From NCBI GenBank assembly GCA_010405405.1, contig MU004230.1, forward strand, positions 406,627-470,626: a stretch of 64,000 nt of DNA. Reading direction: 5' to 3'. The DNA comes from Microthyrium microscopicum (Eukaryota). This document shows positions 12,358 through 24,761 of this stretch, in pieces. The position numbers were made by a program, and so were the translations under genes. The notes below the pieces were generated by a model. It was not told where the DNA came from, did not search any database, and saw only the letters and a program-made list of their open reading frames with translations. Position 1 is the first letter of the stretch. Every line of letters begins with the position of its first letter.

Positions 12358-14111
12358 GATGAGCCAATGTCAACCGAATGACAGTGCTCGTGTGTTGATT
12401 TAAACCAGTGAACGATGGAATCCTCGAGTATCATTGCGTGGTGATTCGAAGTGCAGTTAGGAGGGTGTCATCTTGTAGATAATGGCGCCTTGGCCGTGTG
12501 GTTTGCTTTTCGAGTATTTCCTGGTTCTGTATGCGACCGCGGAGAGTGCCGTCCCAGATCAAGCGTCACGACTGAGCCTCTGAGTTTTTGCGCACGCGAA
12601 GAGGGCCAAAGTTGCAGTTTTTGCGAAGGTAACTCGGAGAGATAGTGGGAAAGGAAAAGGATTCCGTCCAGGCCGAATAAGGCAGTTAAAGAGGAATCCA
12701 GATTTTGGCGGCGGCAGCTGGGTGGGTCAGCCTGCAGATTCGAGGCTGTTGATAAGGCTTTCGGTGTTGGCTCGCCGCTTGAGATGCAAGGTGAACGGAC
12801 ATCAAAGCCAGCCTTTCCATTGCGGGATCGAAGCCTCCCGCCAAGTCACGGCCGAACGGTTCTTTGAAAGATAAAGGTGGGCGGAATTGTAGCGTGCAGC
12901 AAAACTCCTTGAACTTTCACTGGGATACTGGCTGGGGGCAAATGGTATTTCTTTCCAGGCTGACAGATAGCAAGGAGGCAAGCGACGAGACTTGATGCCA
13001 AAAACAGCTGAAAAGGCAATAATGAAATAAGCCGACATGGCGAGGTCCATAACCCGTCCAATGTTTAAACAAAAGAACAAGTCCGTTGCTGACGCTGCCC
13101 AGCCGCTGATCGCGAGCATCCAATCGTATCGTGGATGCGAGCAACTATCATCCTCGACTATCCTTGCATCCCAAGTCAACCCAGGGGGCATATCATCCTG
13201 TCCCTGCCTTCCGCGAGCCTGGTTTTCTTCAAGCTGAAGTTGAACTGTAGAAGCACGGTTAATCATCTAGTCTAGACCTTGAGAACGAGCACGCGATGCT
13301 TTGCGAATTATCTACGATATTTCTAGACAAGAGCGCGCTTTTACTACTTCGTCCCCACGTTGTCGAAATGTTGGAGATGAAGATCCTTTGGGAAAGGATC
13401 GACATCATCCTCGGTATCCCTGTGATCATCCAATGGTGCGTGGACACACAAAAGCCGCACCGCCAGCACAAATCACTCGGCTTTGCAACAGGCAGATTTA
13501 TCATTTGACGCGTCTTGCTCCGTACAGTGCAAGACTCAAGAGACGTATCCGATTTCATCACAGTAACAGTCGAACTTCATCGATGACTTTTAGTATACGG
13601 ACGTGGCGTCTCGCGCCTTCTTAATTGTTTCTAGTCGTCTTTTGAATCAAGCCAATAATTAAATCGGAGATTATAAAGTCGTGTCTCAACGCCATTTCCC
13701 CAGAACCTCTGAATTGGGCAAGCGCCGACGGTTCAGGTGCTAAGCTTGGCATAAAACGAGGTCCTTGAGTCGATTACAACAGATCATTCAAGATGTTTTG
13801 AAACAACAAACAAAATTAGATGAGTTGGCAAAAAAACGGACATGGTATCTTTATTTTCGTGTAAAGTACATAATCTTGCATTGCTGGTAAGATTGTTAGA
13901 AGCAACCTCAGAGTGATAGCCTGATGATCACTCTGCCAGCAAGCAGAGGGGTGGGTGTATGTGATGTAAGAATTTTTGAAAAGTGTACGAGGCGCAAATC
14001 ACGAATCTTCGTACACTCGAACAGGGAGACCTTCTACAAACTCCGAACACAAGCTCGCCTTCAAAACGACCACTGCTAGAACGACATGACAGTTGGATCA
14101 AAACAGTTACT

Positions 14112-15758
14112 CTAGGTTAGCTTATCAAGCTCCTTCTCCGCCTCTTTAACCTTCTTGGTCATGTTGGCACCCTCGACCATTCCTGAGATCTATTGATTGT
14201 TAGAAGGTGGGCTTGAAAATTTCAGTCCAAGAATCAACTTACAGTCTCAACAATGATACCGGTACATTGGTATGGGTCGGCATTTGAAGCTGGACGACGG
14301 TCCTCAAAGTAACCCTTGCCTTCAACGGCAACGGCACGGTTGATACGGACCGATGAGCCACGGTTGGCAACGCCCCAAGTGAACTTATCATACGAGGCAG
14401 TCTCGTGTGCTCCAGTCATGCGGCTCTCGTTGCCCTCACCGTACACGGCCATGTGTTCCTTGTGTCGGCCAGCAAGTTTCTCCATAGCAGCCTCGATAAC
14501 CTTGAGACCGCCTTCTTCACGCATAGCTTTGGTGGATACGTTGGTGTGAAGACCGGCACCGTTCCAGTCACCTGGAATTGGCTTAGGGGCAAAGGTAACC
14601 TTGGCACCGAACTCTTCGGCCACGCGGTGAAGGAGGAAACGAGACATCCAGAGCTGGTCGCCAACTATGGAATCGATTAGCTAAATGTCACGTGCATTGA
14701 ACCAATTAAACTTACGCTTGATTCCTTCACAGGGTCCAACTTGGTATTCCCATTGGGCAGGCATGACCTCAGCGTTGGTACCCGAGATCTGGATTCCGGC
14801 GTACAGGCAGGCCTTGTAGTGAGCCTCCACAATGTCACGGCACATGACATTGCCGGTACCGACAGCGCAGTAGTAAGGACCTTGAGGACCTGGGAAACCG
14901 TTTCTTGGCCAGCCATATGGCCAACCATCAGCACCGAGCAGAGTGTACTCTTGTTCGAGACCGAACCAGTACACTTCGCCCTTGTGGGCTTCCATGACCA
15001 TTTCGGCGTCGTGTCGGAAGTTGAAGCTGTTTGGTTTACCATCTGACATCCAGCATTCGCACATCACCATGATGTTATCGCCAAGGCGGATAGGATCTGG
15101 GTAGTAGGCCTTTGGGCGAAGGTAGACATCGGAGTTGTCGCCAGGCGCTTGACCAGTGGAGGAGCCATCGAAGTTCCACTCTGGTAATTGAGAGACATCG
15201 GTGACTTTTTCTGTGAGGGTCTATAGGTTGTGTTAGTACCCATTTTTAGATCAATCACAATGGCAGATGGTGATTTGGGCTCTGGAGGGGCAAAATAACT
15301 CCAATCCGGAACTGGGCCGATGGAAAGCGCATCGGTGAGGCGCCGCGGCGTTAACCCCGGCCTTATCGACTGATAAGAGCTCTGATTGGGAAAAGCAAAC
15401 ACCCGCCAGATCAAGAGCTCCATCAATCGCATTGCGCGCAGTACGATGGCAATGAGTTCAATGACGAAGTGCAGTTCGTGCGCCTTTTGAAAGGGTGGAA
15501 AAGCGGAGGAATGCTAAACTTACTCTGCTCTTGCAGCGAAGGGCTCCTTTTCCGTCAATCCAGACGTACTCGGCCATAACATTGCCCTTTTGGTCAAGGG
15601 CCATGTACTTGGCCAACTATCAAAAAGTTAGATTAGATTCCCTATAGTAGAATTGGCTTGGGAGCTTACGTTGGTGTAGTTGGAGATGAGCGTTGATTCC
15701 TGAACGCCATGTTAGCGGTGAGCGTCTCGCAAGTCAACAAACGCAGGCTTACAGTCAT
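14112..15758 (-). CDS. GLN1: Glutamine synthetase (GSII), 6 exons
   Basis: Exon 1 'MT' (ATG 15758), 'MAEYVWIDG', '[11 protein letters not shown]', 'FGLEQEY', '[16 protein letters not shown]', 'DWNGAGLH', '[14 protein letters not shown]'; introns include 15221-15523 (303 nt); stop TAG 14112-14114. Confidence 0.97.
15301..15389. promoter_or_regulatory. Candidate intronic regulatory element: inverted GATA pair flanked by CCAAT boxes
   Basis: CTTATC-gact-GATAAG at 15362-15377; CCAAT at 15301 and ATTGG at 15385, inside the long intron of glutamine synthetase. Confidence 0.4.
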
Positions 15759-18461
15759 ATTTGCGGTTGTTGAGGAGATGATGTAGGGTGGTGGAGGGTA
15801 TAGGTGAATTGGTAGCGAGAAGCAGATGGCAAGTAAAGTCAAGAATTGACTGATGAGAGAAAAGACAAGAAGACAGCCCGGGTAATGGAAGGTTTATAAC
15901 AAAAAGTTTTGGTTGCTAGGGTCTCTCGCTCCAGTTTCAATCGGTCGAGCAAAGGTGGGCTTCTGGTGGGCTTGTGCAAGCTTGGTGGGATGCACCCCTG
16001 TCGCTGGGTCGTGCCTGCCACTTCCTCTCTACCAATGTCTTCCGTGCAACCGCATCCCATCGCACCTTCTCACAGTCGTTGTAAATGTAATAATGCCACA
16101 CCCCGCTCCTTTCTGTCCACGCTGGCTGCCCACGATCAAAGGTCCGAGTGCTGTGATCTCTTTGACTTCAAACTGACCGCTGAATTGAACCCTCATCTAC
16201 CGTCAATAATAGCATTTAACGCCCCACGAACTCTAAACCCGTCTCTCTATTTGACCCACCCCAATAATAACCAACCCACATCGGTTGATGCACTGCTATC
16301 GGATGATCCACCAAAGTTCCAAAACCAGCCGCGCGACTTGTCGTTTGAAGCACAAACTCTAGATCCTAGAATCCACTCAAGTCTGCAAACAGAATTGGAC
16401 TAGAGATTCCATGAATATCCATGTTGGTCCAGGTACCTTGAAGAGCAGGGTTAGAGTCTGACGACAGCCACTCTTTCGGTCCCGCAGCGACGGACTCCTG
16501 CATGTCGCTCGCATGCACACCAGAAATATCGCAGGCACACGACTGGTACACTCGCTACGCCTATCACTGATAAGGATGCAGTCTACGCGTGTTTCTCTGC
16601 ACCTTATTTCGATCATCTTTCCAGGCCATGACCGCATTGAAGTAATACCAGCAATGGAGTGATTATTTCCAATATACATGGTTTGGAAATTTTATACGCC
16701 GGCCTCTCGGCAAGACGAGTCCAGACTTTGCAGTTTTTCCAGGAGGCCGGCTCAGGGTGCCCGGGATAACCCACCAAGTGACAAAAGTCCAAGCTCACGA
16801 TAATCAACGGCCCTGCGCCAGCCAGTTGTAGCTCGACCTCATCTATCTTTCGTGCCGAAACGGATAACAAACGCAGTTTTGATCGAGTAACTGCCGAGCT
16901 TCACGATGTAGTTTGCTTTCGCCCCTGAGCTTCCGGCCGCGCCTACATCCAACATCCAATTCGTTCTGTTGAGTCAGGAATACCGGCATTACTATTTGAA
17001 TATACCTCATTGACGCTTTTGCATCTGAAGTCAAATTGACGATTGGTTCCAGGGCGGGGCTTGGCCTCCGCTTTCCCCGCGCTAGCATCGAAGTCCAAAG
17101 ATAAGGAAATGCAGGCTGCCGATTGGCTTGCAGAAGCCTGGAGAATCAGCCTCTTTGGTAATTTCGTGGGGGCGGCTCTTTGTCCCCGCAACCACATCGC
17201 AGCTTTCAGCCTTGCACACGATTTCCCACGGGGTTCTATTTCGCTCGACTGGGTTTCTCCGTGCTCAATTCAGTCAGGTAAGACCATTTAATTTGAAAGA
17301 ATTTTCATCATTTCAGCTTGAACTTGGTTTATCGATAATACCTCATGGTTCATGGATTGCAAAATTTGATATCGGATAGCAGCATCCAGCCAGCCTTGCT
17401 GCATGAGTTTGATGAATGCATCCGACGGTTGACCATAGCTTACAACTCTTACCTCCAACATTTATCAATCGTGGTAGATCCAACTCGATCTTTTCATAAA
17501 GGGGCACAGCATTCTCGATCCTCTTGTGTTCTGAGATTTGATATCTCCCGTCTCATGCTTGAATACGTCAGACGAGAAGATGATCATTCAACCGTGCCGC
17601 CATCAAGATAGGTGGTTGTTGAAAAAGGGAGGAGTATGATATCAGGAGGCATACTACACCAATAAATGAGAGGTGATGAGCGCAAAGAGTACCAGCGATC
17701 ACTGCAGAGTAATCGCAGAAATGGTGCTTCACTATTTCAGTTCCTGGTCGTTGGGTCGCATTCTTCCAGCAGTTCTCTGCATATCATAGCTTCTACATGC
17801 CCTCGATGACGCTTCCCCGAGTTTCTCGACCAACAAACAGCCCATTGGTCCCGACAGCTTGGATTGGTTCTCCGGTTGCATAACTGAGAAGATATGATGT
17901 ACCAAGTATTGATGACTAGCGTCAAGCGACCCTAGGACAACAATTGCTCCATACCCCAAGCTATGTGAGCTCCTTTGGACAAGCTGGAGCTCGAGCTGCG
18001 CGAAGAGCTCATGCCTCCACTGCGGCTATACCCGAGACCAGCCACAGACTGAATACAGCAGAGGGTCTAAACAGTGTGGACCATGTCAAACTGCACGTGG
18101 ATCTGGGCCTAGTAGTTAAGGGTAATAGCTGGTCCACGGATCATCCACTTGCTTTCGTGTGCCCGCTCGGCAGCATATCGGGATATTGTTGCAATAGTAC
18201 TGCTGTTCTGGTAGGCAAATCTTGTGAGCCAATTGCTCCTCGAGAAAACTTCCGAGTTAGCGACAGCATGTCCATAGTGGAAACCTAGGAGTAAAGGCAA
18301 TCGATGTGGGACCAATGGCCAAGCCCACAGATTGTGCTTTTGGGACAGTTCGACGAATCGTTGGTTCGTATCCCTCCAGTCCTTTCGTCCTTTACTATAC
18401 TGTCGTTTATCTCGGTGTACAGGCGTTATATTGCGTGTGTTGTTTCGATATTGTCAACACC

Positions 18462-19897
18462 TTAGCGTTCGCTTTGGCCCTTGATCGCCCGCTCTACCCT
18501 CTGTTGACCTAATGACGCCATCTGCACACCCTCTCCAAACCCCACAGACCTTGATAACTCGTGAGCTTCCTTGAACAGCTTCAGTGCTTCTGGAAAACGC
18601 TTTGCTTGTTCTGCTAATTCTCCAAGGTTGGCTTTTGCAGTAGCGCAGCCTGTAGTGCATTCATCGGTTCGGTCCGCAGCAGGTATTGTGTCAGCTAGGA
18701 CGAGGGCTTTTTCCGCCCACATCTCCGCCTGTCGTTGTGGGGTTGGAAAATCTGTCGCTACACCTGTCGGCGCTGGCATTTGGGCTATAGCGCTGGCAAG
18801 GTTGTTCATCAGTATGACTGCGTGACAGGAGTTTGGCGGGCAAAGCTGTAACGCGTGAAGGTAGAGTGGTGTGGCCAGCTCATGCTTATTTCGTGAGGAG
18901 AAGTTCTGGGCGAGAGCTATTGACTGGGTTAGTGTATCGTGCTAATGATTTGTGAGTATATAACGATTTACCTTCCAGTGAGGCTCCCACCTCGTCATTG
19001 CTAAGAAACTCGCCCTCCTTTTCAAGTTCGCCTTCTTCCTCCCTTCTCTTTCGTTCTTTCAGCACCATCTCAGTCGCTAATGTCAGGATAGCCTCCGAGT
19101 CGTCGAATCTCTTAACTTGTGGCAGGGCATATAGTTGTCCAAGCTTGACTGCTGTCCTAACATATCTCAGGAGTAGTCTTGTACGATGCCCATTGGCCCG
19201 ATTCTGTTCACCCTCCTTCTCAAGCCAACTGCCAATTTCCTCATAGGCATGCTCATAGATTGGAATAGCCAACTCCGGGTGATTCACCTTCTCTTCAAAG
19301 AACCAGCCAATGTGCAATTTCAGTCCCAGAACCTCGTCGCTCAAAGAATGAAGGCCAGCCTCTTGTGTGGCAATCAGAGTTTGCTTGTAGAATTTTAATG
19401 CTCGCTGAGGGTCGAATCGTACATTGGTAAAGTAAAGGGCTTTGCGCAAAGGCTTCACCACAGTCTCGGGAAAGTTGTGGTTGATCAGCGAGCTTATCCA
19501 GATCTCGCGAATGGTAAGTAAGATGAAAAGGGAGATGCAGAAGCAGATCCTGCACGGCAATTGTTTAGCATTGTTCTTGTCAACACGATAGTAAGATTTC
19601 GTACGAGAGTATGGCGAACCAGCCAGCAATAGGATTCTCTTTTAGTGCTTTGCGCAGCTCCTCTCGATTGAAACTAAAATTACCTTTGCGCACGGGCTGA
19701 GATTCTCCCGTTGGAGGTGCCGGGTACTTAACAGCATTTGATCTTCGTGGTGGAGGCGAGGTTTGGCTAACATGACGAATGGATGAAGCTACAGCTTTTC
19801 GTTGCCGTTGGACAGTCTGGAGCTGATGTTGGAGCAGTAAAGCACGAGAGCGCGAAGGGAGTCGAGTCAATGACCTGGAAATTGAAGTAGAGGTCAT
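18462..19897 (-). CDS. TPR-like mitochondrial inner-membrane protein (Mgr3-like), 3 exons
   Basis: Arg/Ser-rich presequence from ATG 19897, one TM segment, 'FPETVVKPLRKALYF', 'SCHAVILMNNLAS', 'ECTTGCATAKANLG'; introns 19550-19604 and 18917-18971. Confidence 0.75.
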
Positions 19898-20172
19898 GTT
19901 AGAAAAGGAATCGCAATTGCAGTTAACTCTCATGCAAGAGGTAATGTGACTGAAGGAGAAAAGTAGAAAGCCTTTGATATCCGAGCTCGTGAGCTTCAAA
20001 TCTTTTGGCGCGCGGCAAATCGCACGATCCACGGAAAGTGGTTGCCTATCCCCAAGCCAGAGCTTCCTTAGCCCCTGTCTCCAGTCTTTCTCGTCACTGA
20101 TGCATTGCACTTGGAGTTCGCTGCTTTTGCAGAGTTGCGTAGATCATCGCTACGACATTATAATTCGAAAAG

Positions 20173-21448
20173 ATGTGTGGCCGTTATGCTTTCTTTCAGG
20201 TATGCTCTTTGCTTGGTTGAAAAGACGCAAGGCTGACTTCTACAGCGACCTAGTGTGGTACGCCAACGACTCCAAGACGCGAATATGCCTTCCGACGACG
20301 CGCCTGACGATGATACCATACGCCAAAGCTACAACTTTGCCCCTGGCTATTACGGCCTTGTCTACCGCGCAGAAACTTCCGACTATGGTGCGGGCCCAAA
20401 ACCAGGACACAATGAGGGCGAAGAGGAAGATGTCGCAGCCACAAGCAAGCAATCTGAGGAGGTATCGACCGACGAAAGCTCGCCAACGCATTACAAGCTA
20501 CAAGCCATGAAGTGGGGTCTTATTCCATCATGGACAAAACGTAACCCAGACTACGGAACACTCATGCGAACCATCAATTGTCGCGATGACTCCTTAGCTG
20601 AGAATCGCGGAATGTGGGTCAGCATGAAAAAGCGCAAACGCTGTATTGTGATATGTCATGGGTTCTACGAATGGCTCAAGAAGAACAATGGCAAGGAACG
20701 TATTCCACATTACATTAAGCGCAAGGACAGTCAGCTCATGTGTTTTGCGGCTTTGTGGGATGTTGTCAAGTATGACGATGCCGAGGATGAGAAAACATAT
20801 ACGTATACGGTCATCACGACAGATTCGAATAGGCAGCTGAATTTTCTGCACGATAGAATGCCTGTGATCTTCACTCCAGGCAGCGAGGAGATACGAACTT
20901 GGCTAGATCCAGGTCGCCATGAGTGGACCAAAGAGCTACAAAGTTTGCTCAAGCCGTGGGATGGGGAATTGGAAATATATCCTGTTAGCAAAGAGGTGGG
21001 CAAGGTTGGCAACGATTCGCCTTCATTTATTATTCCAATTGACAGCAAAGAGAACAAGAGCAATATTGCCAACTTCTTCAGCAATCAGGCTAAGAGTTCA
21101 AAGGCGAAGGACGAAACCAAAACTGAAGTCAAGATCGAATCTCAGACTGAAGGTGACACTGAGGTCAAAGACGAAAATACAGAAACCCACGCTCCCATGT
21201 CTGTTCCATCACCCACAAAATCCGCTGTGAAACGGGAGCATTCGGAAAATGAAGGTGATATCGAGTCACCAGAGAGAGCAACCAAAGTACAAAAGACCGA
21301 AGCAACGCCTATCAAGCCTAGTCGTAAGGCTCACAGTGCCACCAGTAATGGTACAGTGCCCAAGGCGAGTCCAAAGGCGAGTAAGCAGACACAAGCAGCA
21401 CAAGGGACGCATAAGATTACAAATTTCTTTGCGAAGCAAGGTGGATGA
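20173..21448 (+). CDS. SRAP-domain (DUF159, HMCES/YedK-like) abasic-site processing protein
   Basis: True start MCGRY at 20173, intron 20200-20246; 'SYNFAPG', 'MKWGLIPSW', 'INCRDD', 'GFYEW', 'HDRMPV' all present, including the catalytic Cys2. Confidence 0.93.
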
Positions 21449-21599
21449 GATCATTTTATGTGCAAATATTGAACGGGGACATGCTTCAGTTGTGCAGTAC
21501 ACATACCCAGTGTTTCTTTCGAGACTCTCCGTTCCCATACGCCATTGGCCGTGTTTCTCTAACGGCCCCCGCCAATGAGTCGTTACTCATGGCAAACTG

Positions 21600-21667
21600 C
21601 ATGGCACAGAAATAGACCTCGTTCATGGACACATGGACAGAGATAGACTTCGTTCATGGACACATGG
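21600..21667. repeat. Short imperfect tandem duplication (~31-bp unit, ~2 copies)
   Basis: catggcacagaaatagacctcgttcatggaca / catggacagagatagacttcgttcatggaca. Confidence 0.6.
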
Positions 21668-22107
21668 CCGAACCCCAATGCTCTGAAGAGCCTGTCTGGT
21701 CACAAAGTCTGACAATAGCCATGCAGGGTGCCGATGTGCTATTTTGATCATGTCGTGTGTGGCTATAGAGAAAAGAGCCAACTTGGAGGATGAGCGAGCA
21801 AAATGATTGGTGTTCTCGCAGCAACAGCGACACCTGCTATTACCTATCAATAGGCTGTATTATAGTATTTGGGTCGTCGTTGAGTGCGTTGAGAACGTCA
21901 TCATCGCTGTTACAAGTGTTGTTGAAGGTAGCACACTAAACTTTCTCTCCTTTGGATGGACATATAGCCGCTACTGAATATCTGACCTATCATCGGTCCG
22001 ATACTTGCTGTTTGGGTCATTTCTCTCGTACAAGTTGTAGTCTGTAAGAAGTTTGTTCTTCCGCGGACCTGCGGACCGCATAGCTACATGACGGCTGCAG
22101 CCGCACG

Positions 22108-22673
22108 TATGACGGCTCATAACGGCCACCCTGGCCAGTTCACCAAAACCAAAAAGTACAAAATCTATGTATTCACAAATCAATTATTTACAACACAAAT
22201 ACTACATATTTAGATAATCTGAAGAAGCCAAATTGCAAGTTGAATTTTGCTTGATTTTTAAGAGCTAGAAAAGTCTACTTAATCATGGTTGTTGAAGTTG
22301 AATCTTTGATTCAAGAAATATGTACCTTTTCTTGGCACTTTCTGATGATCTAAAGTTGAGAAAGGGGTCGCTAATTAGGGGGTAACGGCTTCACTAATTT
22401 AGCGATCAACTATGGCTCTTACTCATGTCTCCACTTTTTGTCAAAAAGCAAAAAGATCTCAGAAATAACCAACCATTATAAACGTGTCAAAACACACAAA
22501 TATAATATTTATAGACATTGCAAAAATGCAGAAAAATTCAATTTGCTATTTGGCTTCTTCAGAATCCTCAAATTTGGGCTCTTTGTGGTGTAAATAATTG
22601 ATTTGTAAACACGTAGATTTTTGGATTTTGGATTTTGGTGAAGTGGCCAGGGTGGCCGTTATGAGCCGTCATA
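22108..22673. mobile_element. Non-autonomous DNA transposon (MITE), 566 bp, ~150-bp imperfect TIRs, 5-bp TSD
   Basis: Outer 30 bp TATGACGGCTCATAACGGCCACCCTGGCCA are a perfect inverted repeat; similarity continues ~150 bp; GCACG directly repeated at 22103-22107 and 22674-22678; AT-rich non-coding interior. Confidence 0.9.
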
Positions 22674-23468
22674 GCACGTTGAGTAAGACCCAATCGAGAG
22701 ACACGACCTTGAGGCTCGAGTCTCTATGATCAAATCAAATTAGGATCACCCTCAATACACAACGTCAGACATCGATTACACCTCAGGCGTGTCTTTGTTG
22801 CGAGTATGAATCAAGTATGAATCAATAGACAACTAATGTTAAGCTCAAGAGTTGACGTCTTGTCCGATGATTCAAAACATATTTCAAAAAGCACAAATAT
22901 TGATACTGCAGCATTGTTTTCTCTGTGCATGCACACGATTCATATGGGGAACGGTTTTCCACATTCTTAGCTCACTCGTGGCAGATGTCGGCGTGTTCCA
23001 CCTTCCCATTGATTTTCCTCCCACTTAGACTTGCTTAATCCATCTTAACCTGCAGAACCACCAGTAACCTGCACGACCGTTAGATTCATTGCCTCGGGTC
23101 ATTCCGTGGGGATGGTTGAATAATACCTACATCACCTTACTTGCGTCTTAAAGAGGGTTCCATTGAGCCCTCAGTGCCCCCCTTCGCCGGTGAGTGCTAG
23201 GACACCGCTCCATTTATCATCAATTGCCTGCCATCACTCATCTGTCCACGCCTGCCCAGCCGGAGAAATCTCTCAGACTCGTCTTACATTCTACTGGCAC
23301 ACATGAATCAAATATCTATGTGAGGACGGAGCAGTCAATTGCTGCATGAAACAACCACCAGAAATCCCGACAGCTTGGTCAATCTGGATAAGAGTGTGGG
23401 GAGCTCACTCTATCAACTCGATATTTCACCATCACGCAATTCTGGAACCTCAACCCAAAAGATCGAAG

Positions 23469-24455
23469 ATGTCACAATCAAGATCATCTCGGAGTGGCAC
23501 TGGGCTAGCTGCCCAGCTCACTCGGTCCGCTCCAGAGGTCAAGATGTATCAAGCCCTTGTAATATTTGGCCTCCAGGAAGACTTTCTCTCGCCTGACGGT
23601 CCACTCCCAGTGGACACTACTACCGGCTTTGTCGACCGCATTCTCAGCCTCGTACCCAAGTTTCGCGACCGTGCCGGTCTCGTCATGTGGGTGCGTGCAG
23701 AATCGGCTGCGGACGTTGCAGCAGACAAACTGCCCGGCACAGAGAAGTCAGCAAAAAAGTTTTTCCAGGCACTCGATAAAGAGTTGGATCGAACGGCGGG
23801 AGGAAGCATGGAAAACCCCTTTCAAAAGTATGATACGAGTCCATTTACGACGGCAGTGCAAGAGCAGGTCAGCAAAGCGGACATCATTGTTGATAAAAAA
23901 CATTGCTCGGCCTACTCCAACCCAGGCTTCCAGATCACCATGCATACAAATCTAATAGGGGATGTTTATGTATGTGGAAGCATAAGTGAAATTGACGTCT
24001 ATGCATTTGTTCGCGATGCAGCTTCCAAGGCATTGAAAGTGCACATCATCGAGGACTGTTTGGGATATCGAAACCGCAGTAGGAACGATCATGCTGTCCG
24101 TCGTATGGTCAAGGAAATGGCTGCGAAGAAGATCACCAGTGTCGACATCCACAAGGAACTAGATGAGCCGCTGAAACAAACTGCGGATGCTGACGAACTG
24201 GCTGATATCTTGGGAGACAAGATGAAGGTCGATGGCGAGCCAGAGCCAGAGCCACCAAAGCAAGATGTTGTGAGACCTTCTCGCAAAGACATTATGCTTC
24301 CATCTGGTATCTTGAAAAAGCAGCCTTCGACCACCAAGATTTATACGAGAAAATCACGGAAGCCGATCAGTAGTAGCAGTCAGCCTCCATCTGCACCAGA
24401 ATCGCCAGCACCACCTACACCTTCGGCATCTGCTCCACCATCGACAGAAGTTTGA
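23469..24455 (+). CDS. Isochorismatase-like (cysteine hydrolase fold) protein, probably catalytically degenerate
   Basis: 'QALVIFGLQEDFLSPDG', 'KKHCSAYS', 'VYVCGS...VRDAA', 'IIEDCLGYR...H..A'; Pro/Ser-rich tail; the start could also be the upstream ATG at 23346. Confidence 0.8.
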   Translation: MSQSRSSRSGTGLAAQLTRSAPEVKMYQALVIFGLQEDFLSPDGPLPVDTTTGFVDRILSLVPKFRDRAGLVMWVRAESAADVAADKLPGTEKSAKKFFQALDKELDRTAGGSMENPFQKYDTSPFTTAVQEQVSKADIIVDKKHCSAYSNPGFQITMHTNLIGDVYVCGSISEIDVYAFVRDAASKALKVHIIEDCLGYRNRSRNDHAVRRMVKEMAAKKITSVDIHKELDEPLKQTADADELADILGDKMKVDGEPEPEPPKQDVVRPSRKDIMLPSGILKKQPSTTKIYTRKSRKPISSSSQPPSAPESPAPPTPSASAPPSTEV

Positions 24456-24761
24456 TTGCTTCAAAACCATCTCGGCTGTGGGGTAACATCTTGAGGCCTG
24501 GAAGGTTGAAGAAAGGCTTCGAATCTGGACCCGCACGATCTGCATGACTCCAAGACAACTCAGCCGCAAACCTCAACAGCCAGATCAAGGCGGAGTCACT
24601 TGGCATGGGATAAAAATATTCACTCTTGGATGATTTCACAATCTTTCTAACAGATCAAATGTGACAGATTATATATATTCAATATCCATAATTTCTTGCC
24701 GCCCAATCCGCCAACATCGATCTATCAGCACGAACTACTACCAGCAAGATTACTAGCGAGA

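Noticed and set aside
12451..13624. Cluster of 64-154 aa ORFs on both strands
   Set aside because: No recognisable motifs or splice-consistent model; looks like the upstream region of the PTH11-like gene.
14316..15046. Plus-strand ORFs opposite glutamine synthetase
   Set aside because: Antisense shadows caused by strong codon bias of a highly expressed gene.
15839..18512. Many short ORFs upstream of glutamine synthetase
   Set aside because: Mostly non-ATG starts with random composition; treated as intergenic.
21971..22183. 70-aa ORF overlapping the MITE left end as a possible transposase fragment
   Set aside because: No transposase motifs; spans the element boundary by chance.
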